From Thermodesulfobacteriota bacterium (GTDB taxonomy: Bacteria; Desulfobacterota; Desulfarculia; JACQYL01): a DNA stretch of 64,000 nt. The position numbers and the translations under genes were made by a program. Location: NCBI GenBank assembly GCA_963675595.2, contig CAXXLZ010000002.1, forward strand, positions 1,472,001 to 1,536,000, given 5' to 3'. The notes under the pieces were generated by a model that saw nothing but the letters and a program-made list of their open reading frames with translations, searched no databases and was not told the origin of the DNA. Shown piece after piece: positions 40,718 to 51,061 of the stretch. Within the stretch, counting starts at the first letter, position 1. The number at the start of each line of letters is the position of its first letter.

Positions 40718-42195
40718 TTCGGCAAACCCTCCATAAAAGCGAATACGGACGGTTGAATCACATCCAGCATCAGCGAAGGGAAAAACCCGAACAGGACCAA
40801 AGTCGCAATCAAGACCATTCTGGGAAAACCCAGGGCCGGCGACACGTCGGGCAGGCCGGCGAAACGCTGATTCTTTTCGCCGTAAAAAGTCTTCTGCACC
40901 ACCCGAAGCATGAACAGGGCGCTGATCACGAGCGCTGAGACGGCCGCCACCCCGCTCACCGGGTAGACCTTGAACGCGGAGAGGATCACGGTCAGTTCGG
41001 CCCAGAAGTTGGCGAAGCCCGGAACCCCCATACCGGCGAAAGCCCCCACGATGAAGTAGGCGGAAGCCACGGGCATGATTCGGCTCATCCCCCCGAGTTC
41101 GGGTATGGATTTCGTATCCGTCTTATCGTGCAGATACCCCACCGAGGAAAAAAGCAGGGCCGTCATGATGCCGTGGGCAAACATCTGGTACACGGCCCCG
41201 GTCAGACCCTGCGCCGTGACCGTGGCCAAGCCGAGCCCGACGATGCCCATATGGGAGACGCTGGAATACGCCACCACGTACTTGAGGTCCGTCTGGGTCA
41301 AACCGACCAGAACTCCATAAACGATTCCGATGGTGGCCAGGACGGCCATCCAGGGAGCCCAGTATTGCCAGCCCTCGGGGCAAAGAAAGATGGCGACTCG
41401 CAGCACGCCGAAAGCTCCCAGCTTCATCAGCACGCCGGCATGAAGCATGCTCACCGAGGTGGGTGCGGCCACGTGACCGGAAGGAGACCAGGTATGGAAA
41501 GGCCAGACGCCCGCCAAAATGCCGAAGCCCAGGTAGAGGAACAGGAATGCGAATTTCTGCTGAAAAGGGCTGAAGGTTCCCGGTTGCATCATGCCGAACA
41601 AATCAAATCCGACCCCTCCCGACTGCACGAAAAGATAGATCATGGCCGGGAGAATGAGCGCACTTCCGGCAAGGAGATAGAGGAAGAGCTTCATGGCCCC
41701 GTATTCCTTGCGGGTGGAGCCCCAGATCACAATGAGCGGATACATGGGAAAGAGAGAAACGTCGTACCAAACGAACAGGAAAAACAGGTCCATGCTCATG
41801 AAGAAGCCGAACACTCCGGTGACGAGGACGAAGTATAAGGCGAAGAATTCCTTAACCCGCTCCTCCAACTCCCACATGGTCAGCACTCCGGTGAAATGAA
41901 CGATTCCGGTGAGCAGCAGGAGAGGAAGATTGAATCCGTCGACAGCGTTGAAATAATGAATCCCCAAGGATTTCATCCACACGATCTTTTCCACGAACTG
42001 GAGGCCCCCTTGGGTCCTGTCGTAGGCCGCGAAGAGGAAAATGCCGAGGATCAGGGACAGACCGGAAGAAAAGGCGCTCACCCAACGGATCAGGCCCTTT
42101 TGTCGCCCGGGGATCACCAGGATGGCTACCAGTCCCAGGATGCAACTGAGCATGATGGCGGACAGAAAGGGAAAATCGGAAAGCGTTGGATTCAT
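40714..42195 (-). CDS. nuoM: NADH:quinone oxidoreductase subunit M
   Basis: PFHTW...HVAAPT..SMLHAGVLMKLG, AYSSVSHMG, QMFAHG. Confidence 0.93.
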   Translation of the reverse strand: MNPTLSDFPFLSAIMLSCILGLVAILVIPGRQKGLIRWVSAFSSGLSLILGIFLFAAYDRTQGGLQFVEKIVWMKSLGIHYFNAVDGFNLPLLLLTGIVHFTGVLTMWELEERVKEFFALYFVLVTGVFGFFMSMDLFFLFVWYDVSLFPMYPLIVIWGSTRKEYGAMKLFLYLLAGSALILPAMIYLFVQSGGVGFDLFGMMQPGTFSPFQQKFAFLFLYLGFGILAGVWPFHTWSPSGHVAAPTSVSMLHAGVLMKLGAFGVLRVAIFLCPEGWQYWAPWMAVLATIGIVYGVLVGLTQTDLKYVVAYSSVSHMGIVGLGLATVTAQGLTGAVYQMFAHGIMTALLFSSVGYLHDKTDTKSIPELGGMSRIMPVASAYFIVGAFAGMGVPGFANFWAELTVILSAFKVYPVSGVAAVSALVISALFMLRVVQKTFYGEKNQRFAGLPDVSPALGFPRMVLIATLVLFGFFPSLMLDVIQPSVFAFMEGLPK

Positions 42196-42279
42196 AAGTC
42201 GATCATTCCATTCGTGTCGATCCGTCGAACAAGGCTTCCCGCAGAAGCGGGCCGGAGGCGCTCCAACCGAAGCGACGGA

Positions 42280-44142
42280 TTAGAGCAGGAAAAAATAAAG
42301 GCCCATCAATACGACGACGAGTAACATTACCATCAGGTTGAGGCGCAGGAGCCCCGACTGTATGTAGGAGCATATCCTGCCGCTTCCCACCGCCAAGCGA
42401 GCGATCCCTTCAATCCCTCCGTCGATGACCCGCTGGTCGTTCTGTGTAAAAGACCGTGCAAGCAATCGATAGACCACCTGTTTCAACAGGAAGGCATAGA
42501 GGTCATCCAGGAACCAGCGCCTCAGGAAGAAGGTTTTCAACGGCCGGATTCGTTCCACGAAACCCATTTGCGGAGCGGTTCGGCGGCCGAACTCGAACCA
42601 TGTCAGGAAAACTCCCAGGAAGGCCACGGAGACGCTCACCGGGGTGAGCCAAGCGTGTTCCCCGGGCGGGGCCATGCCGAGGAAACTCTCAAGGGAGCGC
42701 TCAAACCAGCCGATCCCCAGGGTCAAACCCGCGAGCACCAGCAGTGGCAAAGCCATGGCCAGGTAGGGTGCTCCTCCCCGATGCTCCTCGTCTTGAGGAT
42801 CCAGGTTTCGAGGGAAGAGAATAATGAAGACCGGTCGAAAGGCGTAGTAGGCCGTCATAAACACGCCCAACAGGGCGGCGGCGAACCAGATCGGATCGGG
42901 ACGGTCGAGCAACGACGCCAAGATCGTTTCCTTGCTGAAAAAACCCGCGAGAGGAGGCAATCCCGAGAGGCTCGCCGCGGCCAGAACGGTGCACACGAGA
43001 GGAGTCTTCAAGCTCCGACCGTTCTTCCGGGCGATCTCATACATATCGTTGGTTTCGAAGTAGTGGATCCAAACCCCGGAACACAGGAACAGGAGGGCCT
43101 TGAAAAGCGCATGGGTGGTCAGGTGAAAATAGCCCGCGAAGGAACTACCCGCCGCAAGCCCCATGACCATGTATCCCAGTTGACTGATGGTGGAGTAGGC
43201 CCAGACTTTCTTGATGTCCCTGTCCACCATGGCCATGGTGCTTGCCATGAGCATGCTGATCGTGCCCACCGTGAGGCAGACCGTCATGGCGGTCTCGGAA
43301 CGGCTGAAGAAAGGAAAAAGTCGTACGAAAAGGAAGACACCGGCCGCAACCATGGTGGCCGAGTGCAGTAACGCGCTGACCGGAGTGGGCCCTTCCATGG
43401 CGTCCGGAAGCCAGGTCATGAGAGGAAACTGCGCGCTCTTCCCGATGATCCCGCCGAACACGAGCAACACGCAAAGAGTCAGGAAGCCCGGAGAGAGACG
43501 GGCCGCTGTCGACGCATCGTTCAGCTCCATGATGCTCAAGTCGCCCAAGTGCACCAGTAGGAGGAGAACGCCCACGAAGAAGGAAGCGTCCCCAAGACGG
43601 GTCATGACGAACGCCTTTTTCCCGGCCTGCGTGGCGCTGAAACGCTCATACCAGAATCCGATGAGCAGGTACGAGCACAGGCCCACGACTTCCCAGAAGA
43701 TGTAGAGCTGCAGCAGGGAAGTGGACACGGCGAGAGAAAGCATGGCCCAGGCGAAGAGAGACTGAAACGCATAGTAACGGGAAAAACCGGGATCGCCCTC
43801 CATGTAACCCAGGGAATAGACCTGTACCAGAAGGCAGATCACGGCCACCAGGGAGAACATGAGCAGACTCGACGGATCCAGCAGGAACCCGAAAAACAGA
43901 GAAAAATCGTGGCCGCCGTACCAAAGGGTGGAATATTCCAGGGGTTTCTCCAGGGGCCACAATCGGAAAAGAAGCGAAAGGGCGGAGAGCATGGAGATGC
44001 TCACCGCACTAATGGACAGACCGGCCGACAAACGAGGATGGGCTCTCGTGAACAGGGTGATCACCACGAATGAAGCGAAAGGCATCCCCAAGGTGATGGC
44101 CGTGGCCGCGAAACCGAACTCTTTGAGCAAAGGAGAAATCAT
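42280..44142 (-). CDS. nuoL: NADH:quinone oxidoreductase subunit L
   Basis: WEVVGLCSYLLIGFW, GKSAQFPLMTWLPDAMEGPTPVSALLHSATMV. Start reassigned to ATG 44142. Confidence 0.94.
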   Translation of the reverse strand: MISPLLKEFGFAATAITLGMPFASFVVITLFTRAHPRLSAGLSISAVSISMLSALSLLFRLWPLEKPLEYSTLWYGGHDFSLFFGFLLDPSSLLMFSLVAVICLLVQVYSLGYMEGDPGFSRYYAFQSLFAWAMLSLAVSTSLLQLYIFWEVVGLCSYLLIGFWYERFSATQAGKKAFVMTRLGDASFFVGVLLLLVHLGDLSIMELNDASTAARLSPGFLTLCVLLVFGGIIGKSAQFPLMTWLPDAMEGPTPVSALLHSATMVAAGVFLFVRLFPFFSRSETAMTVCLTVGTISMLMASTMAMVDRDIKKVWAYSTISQLGYMVMGLAAGSSFAGYFHLTTHALFKALLFLCSGVWIHYFETNDMYEIARKNGRSLKTPLVCTVLAAASLSGLPPLAGFFSKETILASLLDRPDPIWFAAALLGVFMTAYYAFRPVFIILFPRNLDPQDEEHRGGAPYLAMALPLLVLAGLTLGIGWFERSLESFLGMAPPGEHAWLTPVSVSVAFLGVFLTWFEFGRRTAPQMGFVERIRPLKTFFLRRWFLDDLYAFLLKQVVYRLLARSFTQNDQRVIDGGIEGIARLAVGSGRICSYIQSGLLRLNLMVMLLVVVLMGLYFFLL

Positions 44143-44150
44143 TTGGACGC

Positions 44151-44456
44151 TTACCGTCTCAAGAGGTTGTAGCGATCGGGATCGACGGAGCCGGTGACCC
44201 GGTGAGCCGCCACCACGAGGGCGAGCCCCACCGCCACTTCCGTGGCGGCGACCCCTAGAATGAAGAGAACGAAAGCCTGCCCGTCGAGTCGTCCCCAGTG
44301 CAGGGCCCCACCCACAAAGGCGATAGCCGCCGCGTTCATCATGATCTCGATGCCGATGAGGATCATGATCAGATTCCGTCTCGCCAAGACACACGCCAGA
44401 CCGATGAAAAAGACGGCCGCCGCAAGAATGAAAACGTGGCTGAAAGGAACGATCAT
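44151..44456 (-). CDS. nuoK: NADH:quinone oxidoreductase subunit K
   Basis: RRNLIMILIGIEIMMNAA, VAATEVAVGLAL. Confidence 0.93.
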   Translation of the reverse strand: MIVPFSHVFILAAAVFFIGLACVLARRNLIMILIGIEIMMNAAAIAFVGGALHWGRLDGQAFVLFILGVAATEVAVGLALVVAAHRVTGSVDPDRYNLLRR

Positions 44457-44989
44457 GATTCCGCTCCCGTCTTGGTTTCGGTCCCATTCCCCTTCGGAGT
44501 CCCCTTTATTCCCAACTGCACGGCCGCCAGGAGCCCCAGCAAAAGGAGCACGGAGATGATTTCCACCGCCAACCAGTAACGCTCGAAGACATATCGCCCG
44601 AACACCCTCGGCGCGACTGTGGCGGATTTCAGCACTTCCGCCCCGCCGGGTTCCCTCATGGCCGTTAAGGCCGCCAGAGCGACAAACAAAAGGCCGACCA
44701 CCAAGGGCGGAATCCAACGGCGCAGAGAGAGGCTCGCTTGATCGGCACTCTCCGCCTTGAGCATCATGACCACGAAAAGAAAAAGGATCATGACGGCGCC
44801 GGCGTATATGATGACTTCAAGGGCGGCAAGAAACGGAGCTCCCAGCAGAAAAAAGAGCATGGCGCTCCCCACGAAGGAGAAGATGAGATACACCACGGCG
44901 TGCACCGGGTTCCTGCGGGTCACCGCCAGCCCCGCGGACCCCAGGATAAGCGCCCCGAGCAGATAAAATATGGCCGCGTGCAGACTCAA
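44453..44989 (-). CDS. nuoJ: NADH:quinone oxidoreductase subunit J
   Basis: NPVHAVVYL, APFLAALEVIIYAGAVMILFLFVVMML. Confidence 0.93.
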   Translation of the reverse strand: MSLHAAIFYLLGALILGSAGLAVTRRNPVHAVVYLIFSFVGSAMLFFLLGAPFLAALEVIIYAGAVMILFLFVVMMLKAESADQASLSLRRWIPPLVVGLLFVALAALTAMREPGGAEVLKSATVAPRVFGRYVFERYWLAVEIISVLLLLGLLAAVQLGIKGTPKGNGTETKTGAES

Positions 44990-45003
44990 GCTCCACTCTC
45001 CCC

Positions 45004-45600
45004 TTACGGTAAATTGCTTTTAACGTTGACGGGTTCGTCTTCGTCGATGTGCGAGCCTTTGCCGCTCGTCATGGCGACCCCGGCATGGCGATAGAAGTTG
45101 TAATCCTTGTTTTTTCCGCCGTGATTCACCAGAAGGTCTTCTTTTTCGGCCACAAGGTTCAGGATGCTCCTGTCGCAGAATTCAAAATGGGACGTCAGCT
45201 GAAGGGCCAGGGTCGGACAGGCCTCCTCGCACAAGCCGCAGTAGATGCAACGTGCGAAATTGATGCGAAACCATCGGGCCCACCGGCGGCCGTCCTCGCG
45301 CTCCTCTCCCTCCATGGAGATACAACTCACCGGACAGGCCGCGGCACAAAGAAAGCAGGCCACGCAGCGCTCTTCACCTTCCGGGTCTCGAGTGAGGATG
45401 ATTCTCGCTCTTGTGCGCTCCGGCAGGGGGCGTTTGTATTCGGGATACTCTTCCGTGATTTTCCGACGAAACGTATGAACGAACGTCGTGCCCAAGCCTT
45501 GGGCCAAACCCTGGAAAATCTCCATGGTTTGTTGCAGGTATCCGTCCTTCTTCTTCGTGTCCTTCATGTTTTGTCCGTCCGATTCTTCGGTTCGTTTCAT
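45004..45600 (-). CDS. nuoI: NADH:quinone oxidoreductase subunit I
   Basis: Two 4Fe-4S motifs CVACFLCAAACP and CIYCGLCEEACP. Start could be 45567. Confidence 0.94.
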   Translation of the reverse strand: MKRTEESDGQNMKDTKKKDGYLQQTMEIFQGLAQGLGTTFVHTFRRKITEEYPEYKRPLPERTRARIILTRDPEGEERCVACFLCAAACPVSCISMEGEEREDGRRWARWFRINFARCIYCGLCEEACPTLALQLTSHFEFCDRSILNLVAEKEDLLVNHGGKNKDYNFYRHAGVAMTSGKGSHIDEDEPVNVKSNLP

Positions 45601-45633
45601 GTGCGAAGTCCCGGCTGCCGCCTTCCGCGGCCG

Positions 45634-46626
45634 TCATCCGTTCATGAGTAACAATAGTCCACCCGTGAGCACGATGTTGAGCAGCGACGCCGGAACCAGG
45701 ACCTTCCATCCCAAATGCATCAACTGGTCGTAACGAAGCCTGGGAAGGGTACCCCTGATCCAAATCAATACGAACACCACGGCGGTCACCTTCAGAAGGA
45801 ACCACAGCAGAGGGGGCAACAAAGGACCTCGCCAGCCTCCGAGGAAAAGAGCCGCCGTCAACGCGCCCAAAACGATCATGGTCGCGTACTCCCCCAGAAA
45901 ATAGAGACCGAAACGCATGCCGCTGTACTCCGTGTGGTAGCCGGCCACCAATTCGTTCTCCGCTTCCGGTATGTCGAAGGGGATTCGTTTGGTTTCCGCC
46001 ACCGCACTGATGAAAAAAATCAGAAAGGCGAGCGGTTGAACCAGAATGAAAGGATACCGGGCCTGGGCCGCTACGATGTCCACCAGGCTGAATGAGTGTG
46101 CCAGCATGACGACGGGCACCAAGGAAAGCCCGAGGGAGAGTTCATAACTGATCATCTGGGCGGCGGATCGGATACCGCCCAAGAGGCTGAACTTGGAATT
46201 GGACGCCCAGCCGCCGAGCGCCACCCCGTAGACACTGAGGGAGGAAAGAGCCAAAACGAAGAGCAACCCCACGTTGATGTCGGTAACGACCAGAGGAATT
46301 CGTCGGCCGAACAGGGTCCAGTCGTCCCCAAAGGGCACCACGGCAAAGGTCAGAAGCGCCGTCACTGCAACCACGGCGGGTGCGTAAAGGAAGATCCAAC
46401 GATCCGCGCCTTCGGGTACCAGGTCCTCCTTGGCCAGAAGTTTGACCAGGTCCGCCACGGGTTGAAGAAGACCCCATGGGCCGGCACGATTCGGACCTAC
46501 ACGAAGCTGCATCCAGCCCAAGAGCTTTCGTTCTCCCAAGATGAGCCAGCCCGCTCCGGTCAGGAGTCCCAGGACCACGAGGACCAGTTTCAGAATAAGC
46601 AGGATGATGCCCAAAGCAGGATTCAT
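45634..46626 (-). CDS. nuoH: NADH:quinone oxidoreductase subunit H
   Basis: ERK...Q.RVGPNR.GP.GLLQP.AD..KL..KED, AQMISYE, PFDIPEAENELVAGYHTEYSG. Confidence 0.95.
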   Translation of the reverse strand: MNPALGIILLILKLVLVVLGLLTGAGWLILGERKLLGWMQLRVGPNRAGPWGLLQPVADLVKLLAKEDLVPEGADRWIFLYAPAVVAVTALLTFAVVPFGDDWTLFGRRIPLVVTDINVGLLFVLALSSLSVYGVALGGWASNSKFSLLGGIRSAAQMISYELSLGLSLVPVVMLAHSFSLVDIVAAQARYPFILVQPLAFLIFFISAVAETKRIPFDIPEAENELVAGYHTEYSGMRFGLYFLGEYATMIVLGALTAALFLGGWRGPLLPPLLWFLLKVTAVVFVLIWIRGTLPRLRYDQLMHLGWKVLVPASLLNIVLTGGLLLLMNG

Positions 46627-46644
46627 CACGCAAGACCCTTCACC

Positions 46645-46766
46645 GACCATGGGAAAAAGCCGGTTACTACAAGTTGGTGAAAGATGATAAGATCCATGGC
46701 GCGCGAATCACGAGGAACGAGGCGTAACTAAAGTCCGCCGCGGATCGCGTTCTTCAACGGCCTGTC
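46645..46766 (-). repeat. Repeat family A copy inside the nuo operon (nuoG-nuoH spacer)
   Basis: GGCGCGCGAATCACGAGGAACGAGGCGTA...CGGATCGCGTTCTTCAACGGCCTGT; abuts the nuoG stop codon. Confidence 0.8.
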
Positions 46767-49246
46767 TAAATCTTTCGAATACGGTTGTCCGGCACGATGG
46801 TCGGCTGCTGCGCCGACACTTGCCGTTCCAGCAAACGATGCCCGGGCACGACGATCACGCCGGACGCCATGTTCGTTGCGATCCCCACCTCCAAAATCGT
46901 TTCCCCGGCATCGAACTGAAGAGCCGCTTTGTCTCCTTCCACCAGACCCAACCGGGCGGCATCGTCGGCATGCAGCACGAGTTTCGGGACGCTTTCACCC
47001 TTCTGCGCGACGCGGGAATAGCCGGAAAGCTCCTCCGTCCCGAAGGTCCAATCCACGGACAGGACCTCCATCCCCTTTTCCCGAGGTTCGGTGGGGGTGA
47101 TCTTCGAGGAGAAGAGTTTGTCGGGCGCATCCTTGGAAAACACTCGGTCTCCGACGAAAACCAGGGAGGAATCCTCCAAAGCGGAACGGTTTTCCGCCTT
47201 CCAATCCCCGAATTCCGCCGTCAATGGCTTGCGCTCATGACTCCCAAGAGAGCGGTACAGCTCGTCCAGCACCTCGTGGGCCGCCTTGGGATCCCCGCCC
47301 GGCACATGGTCCTCGAAGGTTCTCGGCGGCCGGCTTCCGCAGCCGACCTGTGAAATGGGCGTGCCTCCCCGGTGAACGGGTGTCGCTTGCTGAAGCCTTC
47401 CCTCCTGATTTACGAATGTGGAAGGCGTGCGTTCGAAGAGCGGTGTCGTCGGCAGGACGAGATCGGCCTTCTCCACCGAAGGAGAAGGAAGGTAATCGAG
47501 GACAATGAGACAATCCAGGTTTTGCAGGGCCCGATCGAGCCGTTCTTGATCGAATTGGGAACGGAAAAGGTCCTGTTCCACCAGGAGCAAGGCTTTGATT
47601 TTCCCGCCTTCCAGAGTCTCCAGCACGGAGATTGGATCGTCGGTGGAGGACTGAAGACCCGCTCCAAAGGCGTTGGGACCGGGCAAGAGGTAGAAGAGAC
47701 CCGCCTTTTTAGCGGTCCGGCCCAAAAGATGGGCAAGATCGCCCGCCAAGCCGGGCGTACTTTCTCCAACGATGTTCGTGCCGCACACGATCACGGGCCG
47801 CTCACTGCGCTCCAGCGCTTGGGCGATTCCGTCCATGCGCGAGTGTAGTTCCGGATCGAACGGGTACCCCGAAGGCAGCGATTCAAGGAACCCGGCCGCT
47901 TCTCCGCTTAAGGTCGCCGTGTTGTCGCCGGATAAAGCGCGTTTCACGATCACCGCGGCGCAAAGGTCCATCCGATCCGGCGTTACGGTTAGGTGGTCGA
48001 AAGGAAAGGGAAGAAACACCGGTCTGGGGTCCACCACGGCGACGGCGGCGCCCTTGCGTTGAGCCTGCCGCACCGCCAGGGCCGACATGGGAGCCTCGTT
48101 TACCGGATCGGCGCCCAACAGGAGGACGAAGTCCGCATCCTCGATCCTCCGCATGGACACGGCCGTTCCCTCGTCCAGCTTGGAGACCGCGCTTCTCACC
48201 TTGCGCGACGTGGAGGATTCAAGAAAAAAGCGAGGAGCGGACCACCCGGAAACCCGACAAAGCTCTCGCAGCGAGACCTGGGTTTCCAGACTACAGCGGG
48301 GCGATCCCACACATAGAACGGCATCCGGGCCCGCTTCCCGCACGATCGCGCCGAGCCGTTCCGCGGCGGTTTCGATCCCTCGCTCCCAGGAAACCTCTTC
48401 TCCCGCCGACCGCGCGTTGCGAGGACGATGGGGATGGTTGGCGAAATCGAACCCGAATCGCCCCCGGTCACAAATGAAGTAGCCGTTCACGTCCTCGTTC
48501 AGGCGAGCTTCCTGCCGCACCATCTCCCGGTAGCGTGCGCTGCCGGTGGTGTTGCAGCCCAGGGAGCAATGAGGACACAGCGAGGGCCCTCTTTCGAAGT
48601 TCCATCGGCGGCCTTTGAAGCGAGCGGGTTTGTCCGTATAAACGCCCGTGGGGCAGAGATCGATGAGATTGCCGGAAAACGGATTCTCGAGCCTGCCGCT
48701 TTCGAACCGGCCGAAATAGGTTCGGTTGGCGATCTGCAAAGCTCCCAGATCGCGATACCCTGAAAAATCTTGGTAGAACCGCCTGCATCTCCAGCAGTGG
48801 ATGCATCGATTCATCTCGTGCCGCACGAAAGGTCCCAGGTCCTGATCGACGTAGGTGCGCTTCTTTCCCTGGTAACGCCTGATTCCATGGCCCCCCGACA
48901 CGGTTTCGTCCTGCAGGAGACAGTGCCCTCCCTCGTCGCACACCGGGCAGTCGTGCGGATGATTCAACATGAGGCATTCAATGATCCATTTGCGGAAGGA
49001 GACGGCGTCCGGGTCGGTAGTGGAAACCACCATGCCGTCCCGAGCTTCGACCATGCAACTCATTTCGATGCCTTTGACCGGACCTTCTTTGAACTTCACG
49101 GCGCACAGGCGGCAGGCGCCCAAAGACCCGAGAGCCTCATGGAAGCAGAAACGGGGAATCATGATCCCGAGTCGCTCGGCGGCCTGAATCACTTTGGTAC
49201 CGGCGGGAACCTCTATTTCACGGTCATCGATGATCAGCTTCGGCAC
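46766..49246 (-). CDS. nuoG: NADH:quinone oxidoreductase subunit G (long form with N7 cluster motif)
   Basis: IPRFC, GACRLC, NHPHDCPVCDEGGHCLLQD, RCIHCWRC, CPTG, CPHCSLGC...CDRGRF. Confidence 0.95.
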   Translation of the reverse strand: MPKLIIDDREIEVPAGTKVIQAAERLGIMIPRFCFHEALGSLGACRLCAVKFKEGPVKGIEMSCMVEARDGMVVSTTDPDAVSFRKWIIECLMLNHPHDCPVCDEGGHCLLQDETVSGGHGIRRYQGKKRTYVDQDLGPFVRHEMNRCIHCWRCRRFYQDFSGYRDLGALQIANRTYFGRFESGRLENPFSGNLIDLCPTGVYTDKPARFKGRRWNFERGPSLCPHCSLGCNTTGSARYREMVRQEARLNEDVNGYFICDRGRFGFDFANHPHRPRNARSAGEEVSWERGIETAAERLGAIVREAGPDAVLCVGSPRCSLETQVSLRELCRVSGWSAPRFFLESSTSRKVRSAVSKLDEGTAVSMRRIEDADFVLLLGADPVNEAPMSALAVRQAQRKGAAVAVVDPRPVFLPFPFDHLTVTPDRMDLCAAVIVKRALSGDNTATLSGEAAGFLESLPSGYPFDPELHSRMDGIAQALERSERPVIVCGTNIVGESTPGLAGDLAHLLGRTAKKAGLFYLLPGPNAFGAGLQSSTDDPISVLETLEGGKIKALLLVEQDLFRSQFDQERLDRALQNLDCLIVLDYLPSPSVEKADLVLPTTPLFERTPSTFVNQEGRLQQATPVHRGGTPISQVGCGSRPPRTFEDHVPGGDPKAAHEVLDELYRSLGSHERKPLTAEFGDWKAENRSALEDSSLVFVGDRVFSKDAPDKLFSSKITPTEPREKGMEVLSVDWTFGTEELSGYSRVAQKGESVPKLVLHADDAARLGLVEGDKAALQFDAGETILEVGIATNMASGVIVVPGHRLLERQVSAQQPTIVPDNRIRKI

Positions 49247-49252
49247 GGGATT

Positions 49253-50560
49253 TCACCCTCTTCCTTGTTCCGCTTTTCCATTGCCGGCTTTGAAAGGACA
49301 CTGCTTCCGGGCGATGTGTTCCCGTATTTCGTCCGTGAAAAAATCCAGGAGACCCTGCAGCGGGGCGGCGGCTCCGGGCGCAAAGGCGCAGTAGGCGTGT
49401 CTCATGTTCGCCGCCATCTGGTGAAGCATGGGGATGAATTCTTCCTTGCCTTCCCCCTCCTCGATACGCCTCAAGAGGTCCCGGACAAAGGGCAAACCTT
49501 CCCGGCAGGGGGTGCAGAAGCCGCAGGATTCGCGAGCGAAAAATTCGATCAGATTGAGGGTCACCGCCACCAGACAGGTATTTTGATCGAAAACCACGAC
49601 GGCGCCCGTGCCCAGTCGTTGCCCCACCTTTTTCATGGGATCGAAATCCAATTCGAGGTCGTAGAATTTCCTCGGCAGGAAACCCGTGGAAGCTCCTCCC
49701 GGCAGACAAGCCTTGAATTCGGTTCCCGGCGGCATCCCCCCGCCGCAATCCTCGAGGATTTCGCTCAGGCGTGTTCCGATGGGCAACTCGTAGCAGCCGG
49801 GCCGACGAATCCGCCCCGAAACGGTATAGAGTTTCGTCCCCGCCCCGGTTTCCGTCTTGGCGAGCCCTTTGAACCAGTCGGCCCCGTTTCTCAATATGTG
49901 GGGAATACACGAAAGGGTTTCCACATTGTTTACCAGGGTGGGCCGTTTCCACAGTCCCTCTTCCGTCATGTGCGGACCACCTTTGACGGGGTGCGGCCGT
50001 TGACCTTGAACGGCGTTGATCTGAGCGGTGGCCTCTCCGCAGATATATCGGCCGGCGCTCCGATGAACGGCCATGTCGAAGGAAAAGTCCCCGCCCAATA
50101 TGTGATCGCCTAAAAAGCCGGCGTCTCTGGCCACCTGGAGTTCCCTCTCGATGAGTTCCGCGTCCATCTCATAGGACGGCCGCACGAAGAAGATCCCTTT
50201 TTGCGCCGAAACGGCAAAGGCGGCCAGCACAATGCCCTCGATGACCAAATGAGGGTCCGCGTTCACCAGAACACGATCCTTGAAGGTTCCCGGTTCCATC
50301 TCATCCGTATTGGGAACCACATATCTTGGAAACGGCGCGTCTTCCGGAACGCCGGACCATTTGACGCCCGTGGGGAATCCGGCGCCCCCGCGACCGCGCA
50401 GTCCGGAGTCTTTGATCAGTTCGATTACGTCCCCGGGTTTCATTTCCCGGACCGCTTTGGTCAGAGCCTCATATCCCCCGCTTTGCCGATACTCATCGAT
50501 GGTTGCGGGCCGGTCCGGCCGGAAGTTTTTCAAAAGCACCTGTTCGCCCATGGGAGTCAC
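49253..50560 (-). CDS. nuoF: NADH:quinone oxidoreductase subunit F
   Basis: SGLRGRGGAGFPTGVKW, DEMEPGTFKD, YICGE, ESCGFCTPCREG. Confidence 0.95.
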   Translation of the reverse strand: MTPMGEQVLLKNFRPDRPATIDEYRQSGGYEALTKAVREMKPGDVIELIKDSGLRGRGGAGFPTGVKWSGVPEDAPFPRYVVPNTDEMEPGTFKDRVLVNADPHLVIEGIVLAAFAVSAQKGIFFVRPSYEMDAELIERELQVARDAGFLGDHILGGDFSFDMAVHRSAGRYICGEATAQINAVQGQRPHPVKGGPHMTEEGLWKRPTLVNNVETLSCIPHILRNGADWFKGLAKTETGAGTKLYTVSGRIRRPGCYELPIGTRLSEILEDCGGGMPPGTEFKACLPGGASTGFLPRKFYDLELDFDPMKKVGQRLGTGAVVVFDQNTCLVAVTLNLIEFFARESCGFCTPCREGLPFVRDLLRRIEEGEGKEEFIPMLHQMAANMRHAYCAFAPGAAAPLQGLLDFFTDEIREHIARKQCPFKAGNGKAEQGRG

Positions 50561-51051
50561 CGATCCCGAACCAAAGCACAGTGGCTTTTTCTCAGGTCAT
50601 CGAGGATATCGTCGATCCTGGAAGGAGTGAGCGAGCCGTAAAACTCCCCGTTGATCAGGATGGCGGGAGCATGATCGCAATATCCGATGCAAACGGACGG
50701 CAGTACGGTGAACAGACCGTCCTTGGTTGTTTCACCGATGCGGATGTTCAGTTTGCGGCAAAGGTAATCCACCACCGACTCCTCCCCGAACATCCAGCAC
50801 ACCAGGCCGTCGCAGGCATGGATGACGAACCTTCCCACCGGTTCCCGATAAATGAAGTCGTAAAACGTGGCGAGTTCATCAACTTCCAGAGAAGTCATGC
50901 CGAGAAGAGCGGCCGTTTCATGGACGGCCTCGTCGCACATATACCCATAGTGATTTTGGACGGCGTACATCACGTTGATGACCTCCTCACGGGGATGGTC
51001 GCTCTCCTCGATGCGTTTACGCAACTCCTGTTCCAGTTCCTTCGGCAGCAT
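50557..51051 (-). CDS. nuoE: NADH:quinone oxidoreductase subunit E
   Basis: ATFY, CDGLVC ... CIGYCDHAP 2Fe-2S ligands. Start ATG 51051. Confidence 0.93.
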   Translation of the reverse strand: MLPKELEQELRKRIEESDHPREEVINVMYAVQNHYGYMCDEAVHETAALLGMTSLEVDELATFYDFIYREPVGRFVIHACDGLVCWMFGEESVVDYLCRKLNIRIGETTKDGLFTVLPSVCIGYCDHAPAILINGEFYGSLTPSRIDDILDDLRKSHCALVRDR

Positions 51052-51061
51052 AACCCACTTC